Origin: Paludibacteraceae bacterium
Lineage (GTDB): Bacteria > Bacteroidota > Bacteroidia > Bacteroidales > Paludibacteraceae
NCBI GenBank assembly: GCA_017614195.1
Contig: JAGACJ010000143.1
Span: forward strand, 1 to 38,406
DNA: 38,406 bases
Reading direction: 5' to 3'
Shown here: in pieces, positions 17,298 through 26,238 of the stretch
How positions within the stretch are numbered: position 1 is the first letter of the stretch
Layout: each line of letters begins with the position of its first letter
Made by a program: the position numbers and the translations under genes
The notes under the pieces: model-generated
Told to the model about the DNA's origin: nothing
Database searches by the model: none
What the model saw: the letters and a program-made list of their open reading frames with translations, nothing else

Positions 17298-18263
17298 ATG
17301 ATCAATCGTGTCTTAATTCGAATCAAAGTCATTCAGTTGCTGTATGCCTGGCAACTCAACACAGGCGACAAACCGGCCCAAGCCGAAAAAGAATTGTTCG
17401 AGAGTATTGAAAAAGCCTATGAACTGTACCATTGGCTGCTGCAACTTCCGATAGACATTCAGGCGTATGCGACCAAACGTATAGAAATAGGCCTTAACAA
17501 ACTCCGCCCGACCAAGGAAGAACAAAACCCCAACGTTCGTTTTATCAACAACTTGTTTGTCAAACAGTTGGCAACAAACGCCGATTTGATTGCCTATAAC
17601 AATGACAAGTCGCACCCCATTTCGTGGGCTGAGTATGAAGATTTTATCAAGGATCTGTTCGACGGGCTGACCACCACCGAGCTGTATCAGGAATACATGA
17701 AGGAGACTACGCGCGACTACGACGCCGACAAAATGTTGTGGCGCAAGATTTTCAAAAAATACATCGCCGGCAACGACAATGTTCTCAACCAATTGGAAGA
17801 TATGTGCCTGTATTGGAACGACGACATTGAAATCGTAGTCAGCTTTGTAGACAAAACCATCAAGCGCTTTTCGCGTGAGGCAGGTGCAAACCAACCCCTT
17901 CTACCTTTGTACGCCGACCCAGAAGACGATCAGGATTTCGCCAAACGTCTGTTAGGCACGGCCATCAAGCGCCAGGAGGAATTTAACAAGTGGATTGACG
18001 AAACTGCTCAAAATTGGGAAGGCGAACGCATTGCCACGATGGACAAGATTATCATGCAGGCAGCCTTGGCCGAGTTGGTGGAATTCCCCACCATCCCCGT
18101 CAGCGTAACGCTCAACGAGTTTGTGGAAATCAGCAAATTCTACAGTACCGACAAAAGCAGCACGTTTGTCAACGGCGTACTCGACAAAATCGCAAACAAA
18201 CTGCGTGAGCAAGGCAAGCTCATCAAAGTCGGTGCCTTTGTCAAACCTACTGAAGAACAATAA
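17298..18263 (+). CDS. nusB: Transcription antitermination factor NusB (long Bacteroidota form)
   Basis: N-terminus MINRVLIRIKVIQLLYAW and a C-terminal NusB core (ERIATMDKIIMQAALAELVEFPTIPVSVTLNEFVEISKFYSTDKSSTFVNGVLDKI). Start chosen at 17298 after the -7 box. Confidence 0.8.
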   Translation: MINRVLIRIKVIQLLYAWQLNTGDKPAQAEKELFESIEKAYELYHWLLQLPIDIQAYATKRIEIGLNKLRPTKEEQNPNVRFINNLFVKQLATNADLIAYNNDKSHPISWAEYEDFIKDLFDGLTTTELYQEYMKETTRDYDADKMLWRKIFKKYIAGNDNVLNQLEDMCLYWNDDIEIVVSFVDKTIKRFSREAGANQPLLPLYADPEDDQDFAKRLLGTAIKRQEEFNKWIDETAQNWEGERIATMDKIIMQAALAELVEFPTIPVSVTLNEFVEISKFYSTDKSSTFVNGVLDKIANKLREQGKLIKVGAFVKPTEEQ

Positions 18264-18286
18264 TCACTTAATATAACTAAAAAATT

Positions 18287-18604
18287 ATGCTGGACATTTT
18301 ATTACAAGCAGCACCGCAACAAGGTGGCGGTTGGCAAATGATCATCATGCTGGTGATGATTTTTGTCGTTTTCTACTTCTTCATGGTAAGACCACAGAAA
18401 AACAAGCAAAAAGAAATCCAAAAATTCCGCGACAGCCTCAAACAAGGAGACCAAGTCATCACTTCAGGTGGTATATACGGCAAGGTCAAACAAGTAAAAG
18501 AGACCACGATTGAACTCGAAATCGCCCACGAGGTACGTGTTACGGTTGACAAGAACTGCGTGTTCGCCACAGCAGCCGAAACACCTGCAAGTGAGGGAAA
18601 ATAA
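18287..18604 (+). CDS. yajC: Preprotein translocase subunit YajC
   Basis: Single TM helix, then RPQKNKQKEIQKFRDSLKQGDQVITSGGIYGKVKQV, the YajC signature. Confidence 0.85.
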   Translation: MLDILLQAAPQQGGGWQMIIMLVMIFVVFYFFMVRPQKNKQKEIQKFRDSLKQGDQVITSGGIYGKVKQVKETTIELEIAHEVRVTVDKNCVFATAAETPASEGK

Positions 18605-18610
18605 CGCCTG

Positions 18611-19591
18611 ATGAAATGGACTGAGCGTACACGGGCATACATCAACAAGAGCCGCTGGCGGTTTTTGTATTCCCGTGATATGCTCATTTTTTTGTTTTTC
18701 TGTCTGCTCTCCTTTGTTTTCTGGATATTTCTGACACAACCCGCAGACAGCGAATACACCGAGCACATTCCGCTGGTGTATGAAAACACTCCCGCCAATA
18801 TTGAAGTCGTACAGCAACCCGAATACTTGGAAGTCAAGTATATCCGGGAAGGGAAACATTTCTGGAGCAAACGCGCGATTGCCCCATTGACGCTGGATTT
18901 TAGCGACTACTATGCCCATTGGCAAGACGCCAGATGGTCTGTCGACCTCACCGAACGGTTCAGAATGGAACTCGACTCGCTTTTCGAAAACAAGACGGTC
19001 ATATCCATCACACCGACCAAAATCGACATAGAACAACTGCCCTACTCCAAAGAAGTGCCGGTCGTTTTCGAAGACTCAAGCCTAAACGTCAATGCCAAAT
19101 ATACAATTGGCGACATCTCGCTCTCGCCCGAAAAGCTGACCTTGTTCGGCCACAAGACGGTACTCGACACCATTGACACCATCCATGTGCGTTACGACAT
19201 CAACGACGACATAAAAAGTTCCATCGAGCATTATGCCGTTTCGCCCCAACTACCCAAGCACACCAAGTCGCAACCAGAGTCACTTGAGCTCAATGTAACG
19301 GTGGAGCCGTTTACCGAGAAACAAATTGTGGTCCCCGTATGGGTGTTAGGATTGCCAAAATCCGTCAAAGTGCGTACAATTCCATCCGAAGTCAAGATCA
19401 CTTACAACGTCGGTATCAGCCGTTTCGACAAGACCTCGGCCAGTGATTTTGTCGTAGGCATCACCTACGAAGAGCTATTGAAGAGCAACACGCGTTCGGT
19501 ATTTCTTGATGTGATCCAGCGACCAGACGGAATCACCAACATGCGCATTTCGCCGGAAAAAGTCAAGTGGATGATTGAATTGTCGAACTAA
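18611..19591 (+). CDS. YbbR-like domain-containing membrane protein
   Basis: N-terminal TM helix followed by repeated beta-rich modules. It occupies the position between yajC and coaE that YbbR-like proteins take in Bacteroidales. The assignment is by context and pattern only. Confidence 0.5.
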   Translation: MKWTERTRAYINKSRWRFLYSRDMLIFLFFCLLSFVFWIFLTQPADSEYTEHIPLVYENTPANIEVVQQPEYLEVKYIREGKHFWSKRAIAPLTLDFSDYYAHWQDARWSVDLTERFRMELDSLFENKTVISITPTKIDIEQLPYSKEVPVVFEDSSLNVNAKYTIGDISLSPEKLTLFGHKTVLDTIDTIHVRYDINDDIKSSIEHYAVSPQLPKHTKSQPESLELNVTVEPFTEKQIVVPVWVLGLPKSVKVRTIPSEVKITYNVGISRFDKTSASDFVVGITYEELLKSNTRSVFLDVIQRPDGITNMRISPEKVKWMIELSN

Positions 19592-19605
19592 AAAAAACTT
19601 TACAA

Positions 19606-20196
19606 ATGCAGAAAATCGGAATCACTGGAGGTATTGGAAGCGGTAAAAGTTATTTTTGCCGTCTGCTCGAAATCGCCGGTATCCCGTCGTTCAACGCCGA
19701 TGTCGAGAACAAAAATCTGCTAAATTCAGACCAAGAAATGCGCCATGAACTGATTCAGTTGTTTGGCGAGGATTGTTATACCGAAAAGGGATTCAACAAA
19801 GCGAAAGTGGCAAAACTGATTTTCGAAGACGCCTCGCTGCGCGAGAAAATGAATGCCATCTGCCACCCGCGCGTGGCCAGACGTTTTGAGCAATGGTGCG
19901 AAGAGCAGGCGCAATCAAACATCCAAGTGGTACTGCTCGAATCGGCCATCTTGTTCGAATCGGGGTTCGACCGCTTTATGGACAAAGTGATTTTAGTCAC
20001 CGCGCCCGTAAACGACCGTATCGAACGCACCATGAAACGCGACAATTGCGATCAGCAAACAGTTCAATCGCGCATGAACGCCCAACAATCGGACGAAGAA
20101 AAAGCCCGTCGTGCAGATTTTATCCTATACAACGGGCCGGATGACGATCCAAACAAGCAGGTCTTCGAACTGCTTGCCAAGTTATTTGACCATTAG
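19606..20196 (+). CDS. coaE: Dephospho-CoA kinase
   Basis: P-loop IGITGGIGSGKS, ~196 aa, typical CoaE layout. Confidence 0.9.
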   Translation: MQKIGITGGIGSGKSYFCRLLEIAGIPSFNADVENKNLLNSDQEMRHELIQLFGEDCYTEKGFNKAKVAKLIFEDASLREKMNAICHPRVARRFEQWCEEQAQSNIQVVLLESAILFESGFDRFMDKVILVTAPVNDRIERTMKRDNCDQQTVQSRMNAQQSDEEKARRADFILYNGPDDDPNKQVFELLAKLFDH

Positions 20197-20741
20197 GATT
20201 TTGTCTTATAGCGGCAATTGACCTTACCTCGCGCTAACGCCGACAACTTCGACGATATCATTTGACGGCGAATCAACGAAATCTTATCTACAAACACGTG
20301 ACCTTCGAGATGATCGTATTCGTGCTGTACGGCACGTGCCGCAAATCCCGAAATGGTATCGGTATGTTCGTTCCAATCCTCATCAAAGTAATGAATGGTA
20401 ATGGTCTCGGGACGGCGGACAGTCTCGGAAATCCCCGGCAAACTCAAACAACCCTCTTCGCGAGCGGTTTCGTCCCCTTCATAGGATAGGATTTCGGGGT
20501 TGACAAACGCTTTTTTGAATCCGGCCAGCGAGGGATCCTCATCGGCCATCATCGACACATCGACCACACACACGCGTATCGGAAGCCCGATTTGCGGGGC
20601 GGCCAAGCCACACCCATCAGCCTTATACATGGTATCGAACATGTCGCTAACCAACGTTTTCAAGTCAGGATACTCACGATCAATTGGTTTCGCCTGTTTC
20701 TTCAATACAGGGTTACCGTAAATCACAATGGGATAAATCAT
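20193..20741 (-). CDS. def: Peptide deformylase
   Basis: All three PDF motifs are present: GCGLAAPQIG, EGCLSLPG, QHEYDHLEG. Confidence 0.95.
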   Translation of the reverse strand: MIYPIVIYGNPVLKKQAKPIDREYPDLKTLVSDMFDTMYKADGCGLAAPQIGLPIRVCVVDVSMMADEDPSLAGFKKAFVNPEILSYEGDETAREEGCLSLPGISETVRRPETITIHYFDEDWNEHTDTISGFAARAVQHEYDHLEGHVFVDKISLIRRQMISSKLSALARGKVNCRYKTKS

Positions 20742-21160
20742 ATCTGAATTTTTTTGCTTTCCAAATAGTCGCGCAAAATAATGGTTGCGCTGATTTCATC
20801 GACGAGTGCCTTGTTTTGCCGGGCTTTTTTACCTAATCCCGCATCAATCATGGTCCGATGCGCCAATACCGAAGTAAAGCGTTCGTCATAGAACTCGATC
20901 GGCAATTCAGGCCATTTTTTGCGCGCGGCGCCGACAAACGGTTGGATATAACGCATCGACTCGGAAGGTTGTCCGTTCACTTGCTTGGGCAATCCTATCA
21001 CCATTCGCTCCACCTCCTCGCGCTGGAAATAGTCGTTCAAGAACTCCATCAGCGAAGCGGTCGGCACTGTAGTCAGTCCTCCAGCTATCAATCCGGTCGG
21101 GTCCGAAACTGCCACCCCAACGCGTTTCCGTCCGTAGTCAAGTGCTAAAATTCTCGCCAT
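20738..21160 (-). CDS. ruvX: Holliday junction resolvase-like / pre-16S rRNA nuclease RuvX (YqgF)
   Basis: MARILALDYGRKRVGVAVSD... and ...DERFTSVLA are classic YqgF motifs. Start chosen at 21158-21160. There is a 4-nt overlap with def downstream. Confidence 0.9.
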   Translation of the reverse strand: MARILALDYGRKRVGVAVSDPTGLIAGGLTTVPTASLMEFLNDYFQREEVERMVIGLPKQVNGQPSESMRYIQPFVGAARKKWPELPIEFYDERFTSVLAHRTMIDAGLGKKARQNKALVDEISATIILRDYLESKKIQI

Positions 21161-21168
21161 AAACAACA

Positions 21169-21176
21169 CAAAGGTA
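21169..21176 (-). promoter_or_regulatory. Bacteroidota -7 box (TACCTTTG on the minus strand) for ruvX-def
   Basis: Plus-strand caaaggta is the reverse complement of TACCTTTG. Its last base is only 9 nt from the ruvX ATG. Confidence 0.4.
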
Positions 21177-21188
21177 CAATATTTTGCA

Positions 21189-21196
21189 TATATTTG
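21189..21196 (+). promoter_or_regulatory. Bacteroidota -7 box (TATATTTG) for galE
   Basis: Matches TAnnTTTG, 25 nt upstream of the ATG at 21221. Confidence 0.45.
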
Positions 21197-21220
21197 CAAC
21201 TTCAAGTAAAAATCATCGGA

Positions 21221-22252
21221 ATGAGTGTGCTTATAACAGGAGGAACGGGATACATCGGTTCTCACACATGTGTGGAGCTGTTGTCCGCCGGACACGATGT
21301 GGTTGTAATGGACAACTTGTCCAACTCAACCGACAAGGTGTTAGATGGCATCGAAGCCATCACAGGCAAGCGTCCTGCTTTTGTTAAGGCAGACTGCTGC
21401 GACGCCAATGCCATGGAGCAGGTTTTCGACTCCCATCCCGACATCAGTGCGGTCATTCATTTCGCCGCCAGCAAGGCCGTTGGCGAATCGCAAGAGATTC
21501 CCTTGCACTATTACCGCAACAACCTCGTTTCGCTGCTCAATCTGCTCGACGCCATGTTGCGCCACCAGGTACACCAACTGGTATTTTCCTCCTCATGCAC
21601 GGTTTACGGCGAAGCCGAAAAACAACCCGTTACAGAACAGACGCCTGTTCAGGCTGCCACTTCGCCTTACGGCAACACAAAACAGATTTGCGAGGAAATC
21701 ATCGCCGATGCCGTCAAGGCGCATCCCGCGTTAAAAGCCGTGGCATTGAGATATTTCAACCCAATCGGCGCGCATCAAAGCGGACTGATTGGCGAATTGC
21801 CTATGAATCCGCCCCAAAACCTCGTGCCGCGCCTCTGCCTTGCCGCATCCGGAAAAACTGGTCCGTTGCAAGTTTTTGGAGATGACTACGACACACCCGA
21901 CGGCTCCTGTATCCGCGACTACATCCATGTTTCGGACCTGAGTCGCGCGCACATTGCAGCGATTGATTACTTAAAAACGCAGTCTAACCCCAAACAAAAT
22001 TTTGAAATTTTCAACATCGGGACGGGCAAAGGTTGCTCAGTTTTAGAATTAATTCGTACCTTTGGGGCGGTTAACAAAACAGAAGTGCCACACAAGATTG
22101 TCGGAAGACGCGCAGGAGACATTCCTGTCATTTGGGCCGACACCCGGTATGCACAGCAAAAATTAGGCTGGTCCGCGCAAATCAGCATCGAAGACAGTTT
22201 GCGTTCAGCTTGGTTGTGGCAGATGAATTGTAACAAGAACAATACAAAATAA
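21221..22252 (+). CDS. galE: UDP-glucose 4-epimerase
   Basis: MSVLITGGTGYIGSHTCVELL (Rossmann GxxGxxG), SSSCTVYG, and the YGNTK catalytic YxxxK. ~343 aa. Confidence 0.9.
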   Translation: MSVLITGGTGYIGSHTCVELLSAGHDVVVMDNLSNSTDKVLDGIEAITGKRPAFVKADCCDANAMEQVFDSHPDISAVIHFAASKAVGESQEIPLHYYRNNLVSLLNLLDAMLRHQVHQLVFSSSCTVYGEAEKQPVTEQTPVQAATSPYGNTKQICEEIIADAVKAHPALKAVALRYFNPIGAHQSGLIGELPMNPPQNLVPRLCLAASGKTGPLQVFGDDYDTPDGSCIRDYIHVSDLSRAHIAAIDYLKTQSNPKQNFEIFNIGTGKGCSVLELIRTFGAVNKTEVPHKIVGRRAGDIPVIWADTRYAQQKLGWSAQISIEDSLRSAWLWQMNCNKNNTK

Positions 22253-22257
22253 GAGAA

Positions 22258-23310
22258 ATGAAGAAGATTTTATGTATTGCAGCTGCGCTTTTGTGTATCG
22301 CAAACACTTATGGCGCGCGCAAAACAGTCGTAGCCTCGACCATCAAGATGCCTCCCGCTGAAATTTTGTACAACGAGGGCGTGGCTTTGCTCGACAAAGG
22401 ACAGAACGCCGACGCTATTTTCAAATTCACTGCGTCTCTTGCCGAAGACTCGACATTCATGCAGTCGTACTATAACCGTGCGATCGCCTATATGCAGGAA
22501 AACGAATTGGAGAAATCGGTCAGCGACTTGCAAACGGCCATCCGCCTGAATTCAAAATGCTCCGAATGTTATCTGCTGCTTGGAAAAATCAACTACTTCC
22601 AAGGCGACATCGAGCAGGCTATCAAGGATTTTACCGCCGCCATCGAGTTGGACCCATCCAATATCAATGCCCGTCTCGACAAATCGGCCATTTGGCAACA
22701 CGCCGAAGATTACGAGGCAGCCATCAACGAATACACGCAGATTTTGAACCTCGATCCCGACAACAACATTGCGTTGCTCGAGCGCGCCAACTGCTACAAA
22801 TACCTCAACAACAATGCCAAGGCACACGATGACTACGAGGCGTTGATGAAAAAGGATCCGTCGCAATGGCAGGCAAAGTTCAACCTGACGGTCATGGATT
22901 GGCAGGCAGAGTCCGACACCGCCGTCTGTCTACAATCATTGGACGAGCTGATTGCCGCCCAACCCCAACAAGCCATTTTGTACAACACGCGTGGTTTGGT
23001 ATTGTTGCAAATCGCCGAATACGACTCGGCCATGGTTAATTTTGACCAAGCGTTGAAACTTGACCCCGAATATGCCGCTGCTTACTGCAACCGCGGCGTA
23101 ACCTTCCTGAAACAGAAGAAATTGGAAGATGCCCTACTCAATCTCAACTGGGCCATCTCGTTCAACACCAACTATGCAGACGCTTACTTGAACCGCGCCA
23201 TTGTCAAAGAACTGTTGCGCGACGAGGAAGGCTGTTGCCGTGATTTGGAGAAAGCCGCCCGCTTGGGTGCCCGCAACGCGGACCTTTATTATAGCAAACA
23301 ATGTCAATAA
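22258..23310 (+). CDS. Tetratricopeptide-repeat protein with signal peptide
   Basis: Signal sequence MKKILCIAAALLCIANTYG, followed by multiple 34-aa TPR units (for example AIELDPSNINARLDKS, ALKLDPEYAAAYCNRGV, AISFNTNYADAYLNRA). Confidence 0.75.
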   Translation: MKKILCIAAALLCIANTYGARKTVVASTIKMPPAEILYNEGVALLDKGQNADAIFKFTASLAEDSTFMQSYYNRAIAYMQENELEKSVSDLQTAIRLNSKCSECYLLLGKINYFQGDIEQAIKDFTAAIELDPSNINARLDKSAIWQHAEDYEAAINEYTQILNLDPDNNIALLERANCYKYLNNNAKAHDDYEALMKKDPSQWQAKFNLTVMDWQAESDTAVCLQSLDELIAAQPQQAILYNTRGLVLLQIAEYDSAMVNFDQALKLDPEYAAAYCNRGVTFLKQKKLEDALLNLNWAISFNTNYADAYLNRAIVKELLRDEEGCCRDLEKAARLGARNADLYYSKQCQ

Positions 23311-23330
23311 CCAACACCGATACAAGTACA

Positions 23331-25361
23331 ATGAAAAGAACGATCGTCTTCCTCTGTATCTTACTTGCTTCTTGCGCGGTATTCGCCAAGAAAAAAGAGG
23401 TGAACAACTTGGACAAAAACTCGGAGAAATCCTATAAAGGATATATTCACAAAGGTGACGAACAATTTAAGAAAATTGCTCCTGCCGAAAAGCACCAGGC
23501 GCTCAGTTACTACCTGAAAGCATACATGATTGACTCAACAAGCGCCTCCTTGAATTACAAAATCGGCGAGGCGTATTTGTATTCGCCCACCGAAAAAGCG
23601 ACTTGTTTGCGCTATTTCCAACAATCGGTAGCTGCCAATCCCTCATCAGAAAACGCCAATGCATGGTTGCGTCTGGCTAATGCCTATCAATTGAATTTGC
23701 AGTTTGACTCGGCCATTGTATGGTACGAGAAATACCGCAAATATAAGGTCGGTACGCCGATGACGCGTCGCGAGCGCCGTGCCGTCAACAAAAAATTCGA
23801 CAAGAAAATCAAAGAATGCAATGCAGGACTCGCCCATATGGTGAAACCGCGCGAAGTCTTTATCGATAACTTCGACCGCGTCAACTCGGCCAATGAGGAA
23901 TACAACACGACTTTGAGTCCCGACTGGTCGACCTTGGCTTATACAAAAGCCATCTATGTTAAATCAAAAAAACGCGTGGAGTCGGCCCAATCGGTATTCA
24001 AAGATCCCGATGGTAACTGGAGCACCCCCGACCCACTGTTCGATGGTGAAGACCGTGGAAACTACAGCATTGTGGATATGGGTAACAACGACTTGTTCTT
24101 GTTCGATGGTTCCAAACCGAACAAAATCATTCACTTTGTCTACAAAAAAGACACGTGGAAAAAGGATCGCGCCTTTAAATGGAACAAACGTCGCTTTGTC
24201 AAAAAGATCACGTTCTCGTCGGACAGCAGCAAGGTGTATTTTTCGACTTACGCCAAAGCCGACTGGGGCAAAGTCAGCTACGATATTTTCGTAGCCACTC
24301 AAAAGCGCAAACACAACAGCAAAGGCACCAAATGGAACAAAGCCATTCCCCTGCCCGGCTATGTCAACTCGGAATATGACGAGATCTGCCCCGAGCTCCA
24401 CAACGACACAACCATGTATTTTGCCTCAAACGGACACAACACCATGGGTGGATATGACATTTTCCGCAGCCGCTACAAAAACGGTATCTGGGGGCGTCCC
24501 GAAAATTTGGGTTATCCTATCAACACGCCGTTTGACGACACCTTCTATACCATCACTTCTCGCGACAACAAGGCGTTCATCTCCTCGAACCGCGACGGAG
24601 GTATGGGTTACAATGACATCTATATGCTGACCTACGTCTTACCCAAAGACCTTGCGCTCAATTTTGAGCCTCCTATCAGTTTGCTGGGTGACGGTTTGCT
24701 GGGTGGATTCAACACCGCCAAAGCGGCTGAGATGGACAGTTCCTTCATCACCTTGTTGAAAGGTGTGATTATGAACGAAGACAGCATACCTTTGCGTGCC
24801 CAAATCGAGTTGGCCGACAACGGCTTGCAACAAGTCATCGCCACTTTCGAAAGCGACTCAATCGGTTCGTATCGTGTAAAACTGCCGGGCGGAGTCAACT
24901 ATGGTGTGTCGGTTAGCGCTCCGGGGTACCTTTTCCACTCCGAGAACTTTAACCTTCCGGAACAAACCGAATACCGCGAAATCGAGAAGAATATTATCCT
25001 CAAACGCATAGCCATTGGCAAAAACGTCATCATGAAGAACATCTTCTTCGAGACAGCCAAGGCCGATTTGAGTGCCGAATCACAAATTGAGTTGAACAAT
25101 TTGATCAAGCTCTTGCAAGACAATCCGACTTTGTGTCTCGAAATCGGCGGTCACACCGACAACAAAGGTTCACGCGCATATAACACCAAGTTGTCGCAGG
25201 CCCGTGCCCAATCGGTGGTTGACTATTTGGTTTCGCACGGCATCGATGCCAGCCGTCTGACCTCGAAGGGTTATGCATTTGACCGTCCGATTGCCGACAA
25301 CAAGACCGAGGCCGGTCGTCAGGAAAACCGTCGTACCGAGTTCTTGGTAACTCAATTCTAA
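23331..25361 (+). CDS. OmpA-family outer-membrane/periplasmic protein (TPR plus TolB-like beta-propeller repeats plus OmpA C-terminal peptidoglycan-binding domain)
   Basis: Signal/lipoprotein-like N-terminus MKRTIVFLCILLASCAVFA. The central part carries TolB-like repeats (FASNGHNTMGGYDIF, ISSNRDGGMGYNDIY). C-terminal OmpA_C domain: NIFFETAKADL...GGHTDNKGSRAYNTKLSQARAQSV...NRRTEF. Confidence 0.8.
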   Translation: MKRTIVFLCILLASCAVFAKKKEVNNLDKNSEKSYKGYIHKGDEQFKKIAPAEKHQALSYYLKAYMIDSTSASLNYKIGEAYLYSPTEKATCLRYFQQSVAANPSSENANAWLRLANAYQLNLQFDSAIVWYEKYRKYKVGTPMTRRERRAVNKKFDKKIKECNAGLAHMVKPREVFIDNFDRVNSANEEYNTTLSPDWSTLAYTKAIYVKSKKRVESAQSVFKDPDGNWSTPDPLFDGEDRGNYSIVDMGNNDLFLFDGSKPNKIIHFVYKKDTWKKDRAFKWNKRRFVKKITFSSDSSKVYFSTYAKADWGKVSYDIFVATQKRKHNSKGTKWNKAIPLPGYVNSEYDEICPELHNDTTMYFASNGHNTMGGYDIFRSRYKNGIWGRPENLGYPINTPFDDTFYTITSRDNKAFISSNRDGGMGYNDIYMLTYVLPKDLALNFEPPISLLGDGLLGGFNTAKAAEMDSSFITLLKGVIMNEDSIPLRAQIELADNGLQQVIATFESDSIGSYRVKLPGGVNYGVSVSAPGYLFHSENFNLPEQTEYREIEKNIILKRIAIGKNVIMKNIFFETAKADLSAESQIELNNLIKLLQDNPTLCLEIGGHTDNKGSRAYNTKLSQARAQSVVDYLVSHGIDASRLTSKGYAFDRPIADNKTEAGRQENRRTEFLVTQF

Positions 25362-25379
25362 TAGAAAAGACTTGCAACA

Positions 25380-26165
25380 ATGAAACCCTATCACTTTGAT
25401 GCGAACGCCACTGCACAAGCTTGTGTGCAGTGGATTCGCTCTTGGATGCAGCAAAACGGTAACGAAACGACAAAAGTTGTCATCGGTATCAGTGGAGGCA
25501 AAGACTCGACCGTTGTCGCCGGCTTATTGGTCGAAGCCATCGGACGTGACCGCGTAATCGGTGTCATGATGCCCAACGGCACCCAAGCCGACATATCGGA
25601 CTCCATCGAAGTGATCAGTCATCTCGGCATCAAAGCCTACACCGTCAACATTGCCGATGCCTATAATGGGCTCACACAGGCGATTACCGGTGCACTCGAA
25701 CAAGATACCACTCCCCAATTCAAGACCAACACTCCCGCCCGGATTCGCATGACCACGTTGTACGGTATCGGTGCCATGATTGGCAACAGCCGTGTCGTCA
25801 ACACCTGCAACCGTTCGGAAGACGTACAAGGCTACTCGACCCACTATGGCGACAGCGTCGGAGATTTCTCTCCTGTCAGCCGCCTGACGACCGAAGAGGT
25901 CGTAGCCATTGGCGACGCGCTTGGCCTGCCCCACCATCTGACACACAAAACGCCGTCGGACGGTATGTGTGGCAAATCGGACGAAGACAACCTCGGATGG
26001 ACTTATCACGAAATCAACCAAATCGTCCGTTGCAACGAAAAAGGGCCCCATTACGAAAAAATTGTCCAAAAATACTTATGGAACAAATTCAAGATTGAAA
26101 TTGTCCAAATGCCACACTTCGAACCCGAGCTACCGGATTATTTTCTTGAGACATACGGAGTGTGA
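25380..26165 (+). CDS. nadE: NH3-dependent NAD+ synthetase
   Basis: PP-loop GISGGKDSTVVAGL, ~261 aa, NadE-like remainder. Confidence 0.88.
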   Translation: MKPYHFDANATAQACVQWIRSWMQQNGNETTKVVIGISGGKDSTVVAGLLVEAIGRDRVIGVMMPNGTQADISDSIEVISHLGIKAYTVNIADAYNGLTQAITGALEQDTTPQFKTNTPARIRMTTLYGIGAMIGNSRVVNTCNRSEDVQGYSTHYGDSVGDFSPVSRLTTEEVVAIGDALGLPHHLTHKTPSDGMCGKSDEDNLGWTYHEINQIVRCNEKGPHYEKIVQKYLWNKFKIEIVQMPHFEPELPDYFLETYGV

Positions 26166-26238
26166 CGTATTCGCAACAATATCTTATTTACAGCTATTCC
26201 AGATGAAAATTTCAGAATAGTGAGAAAACCGTTAGAGC

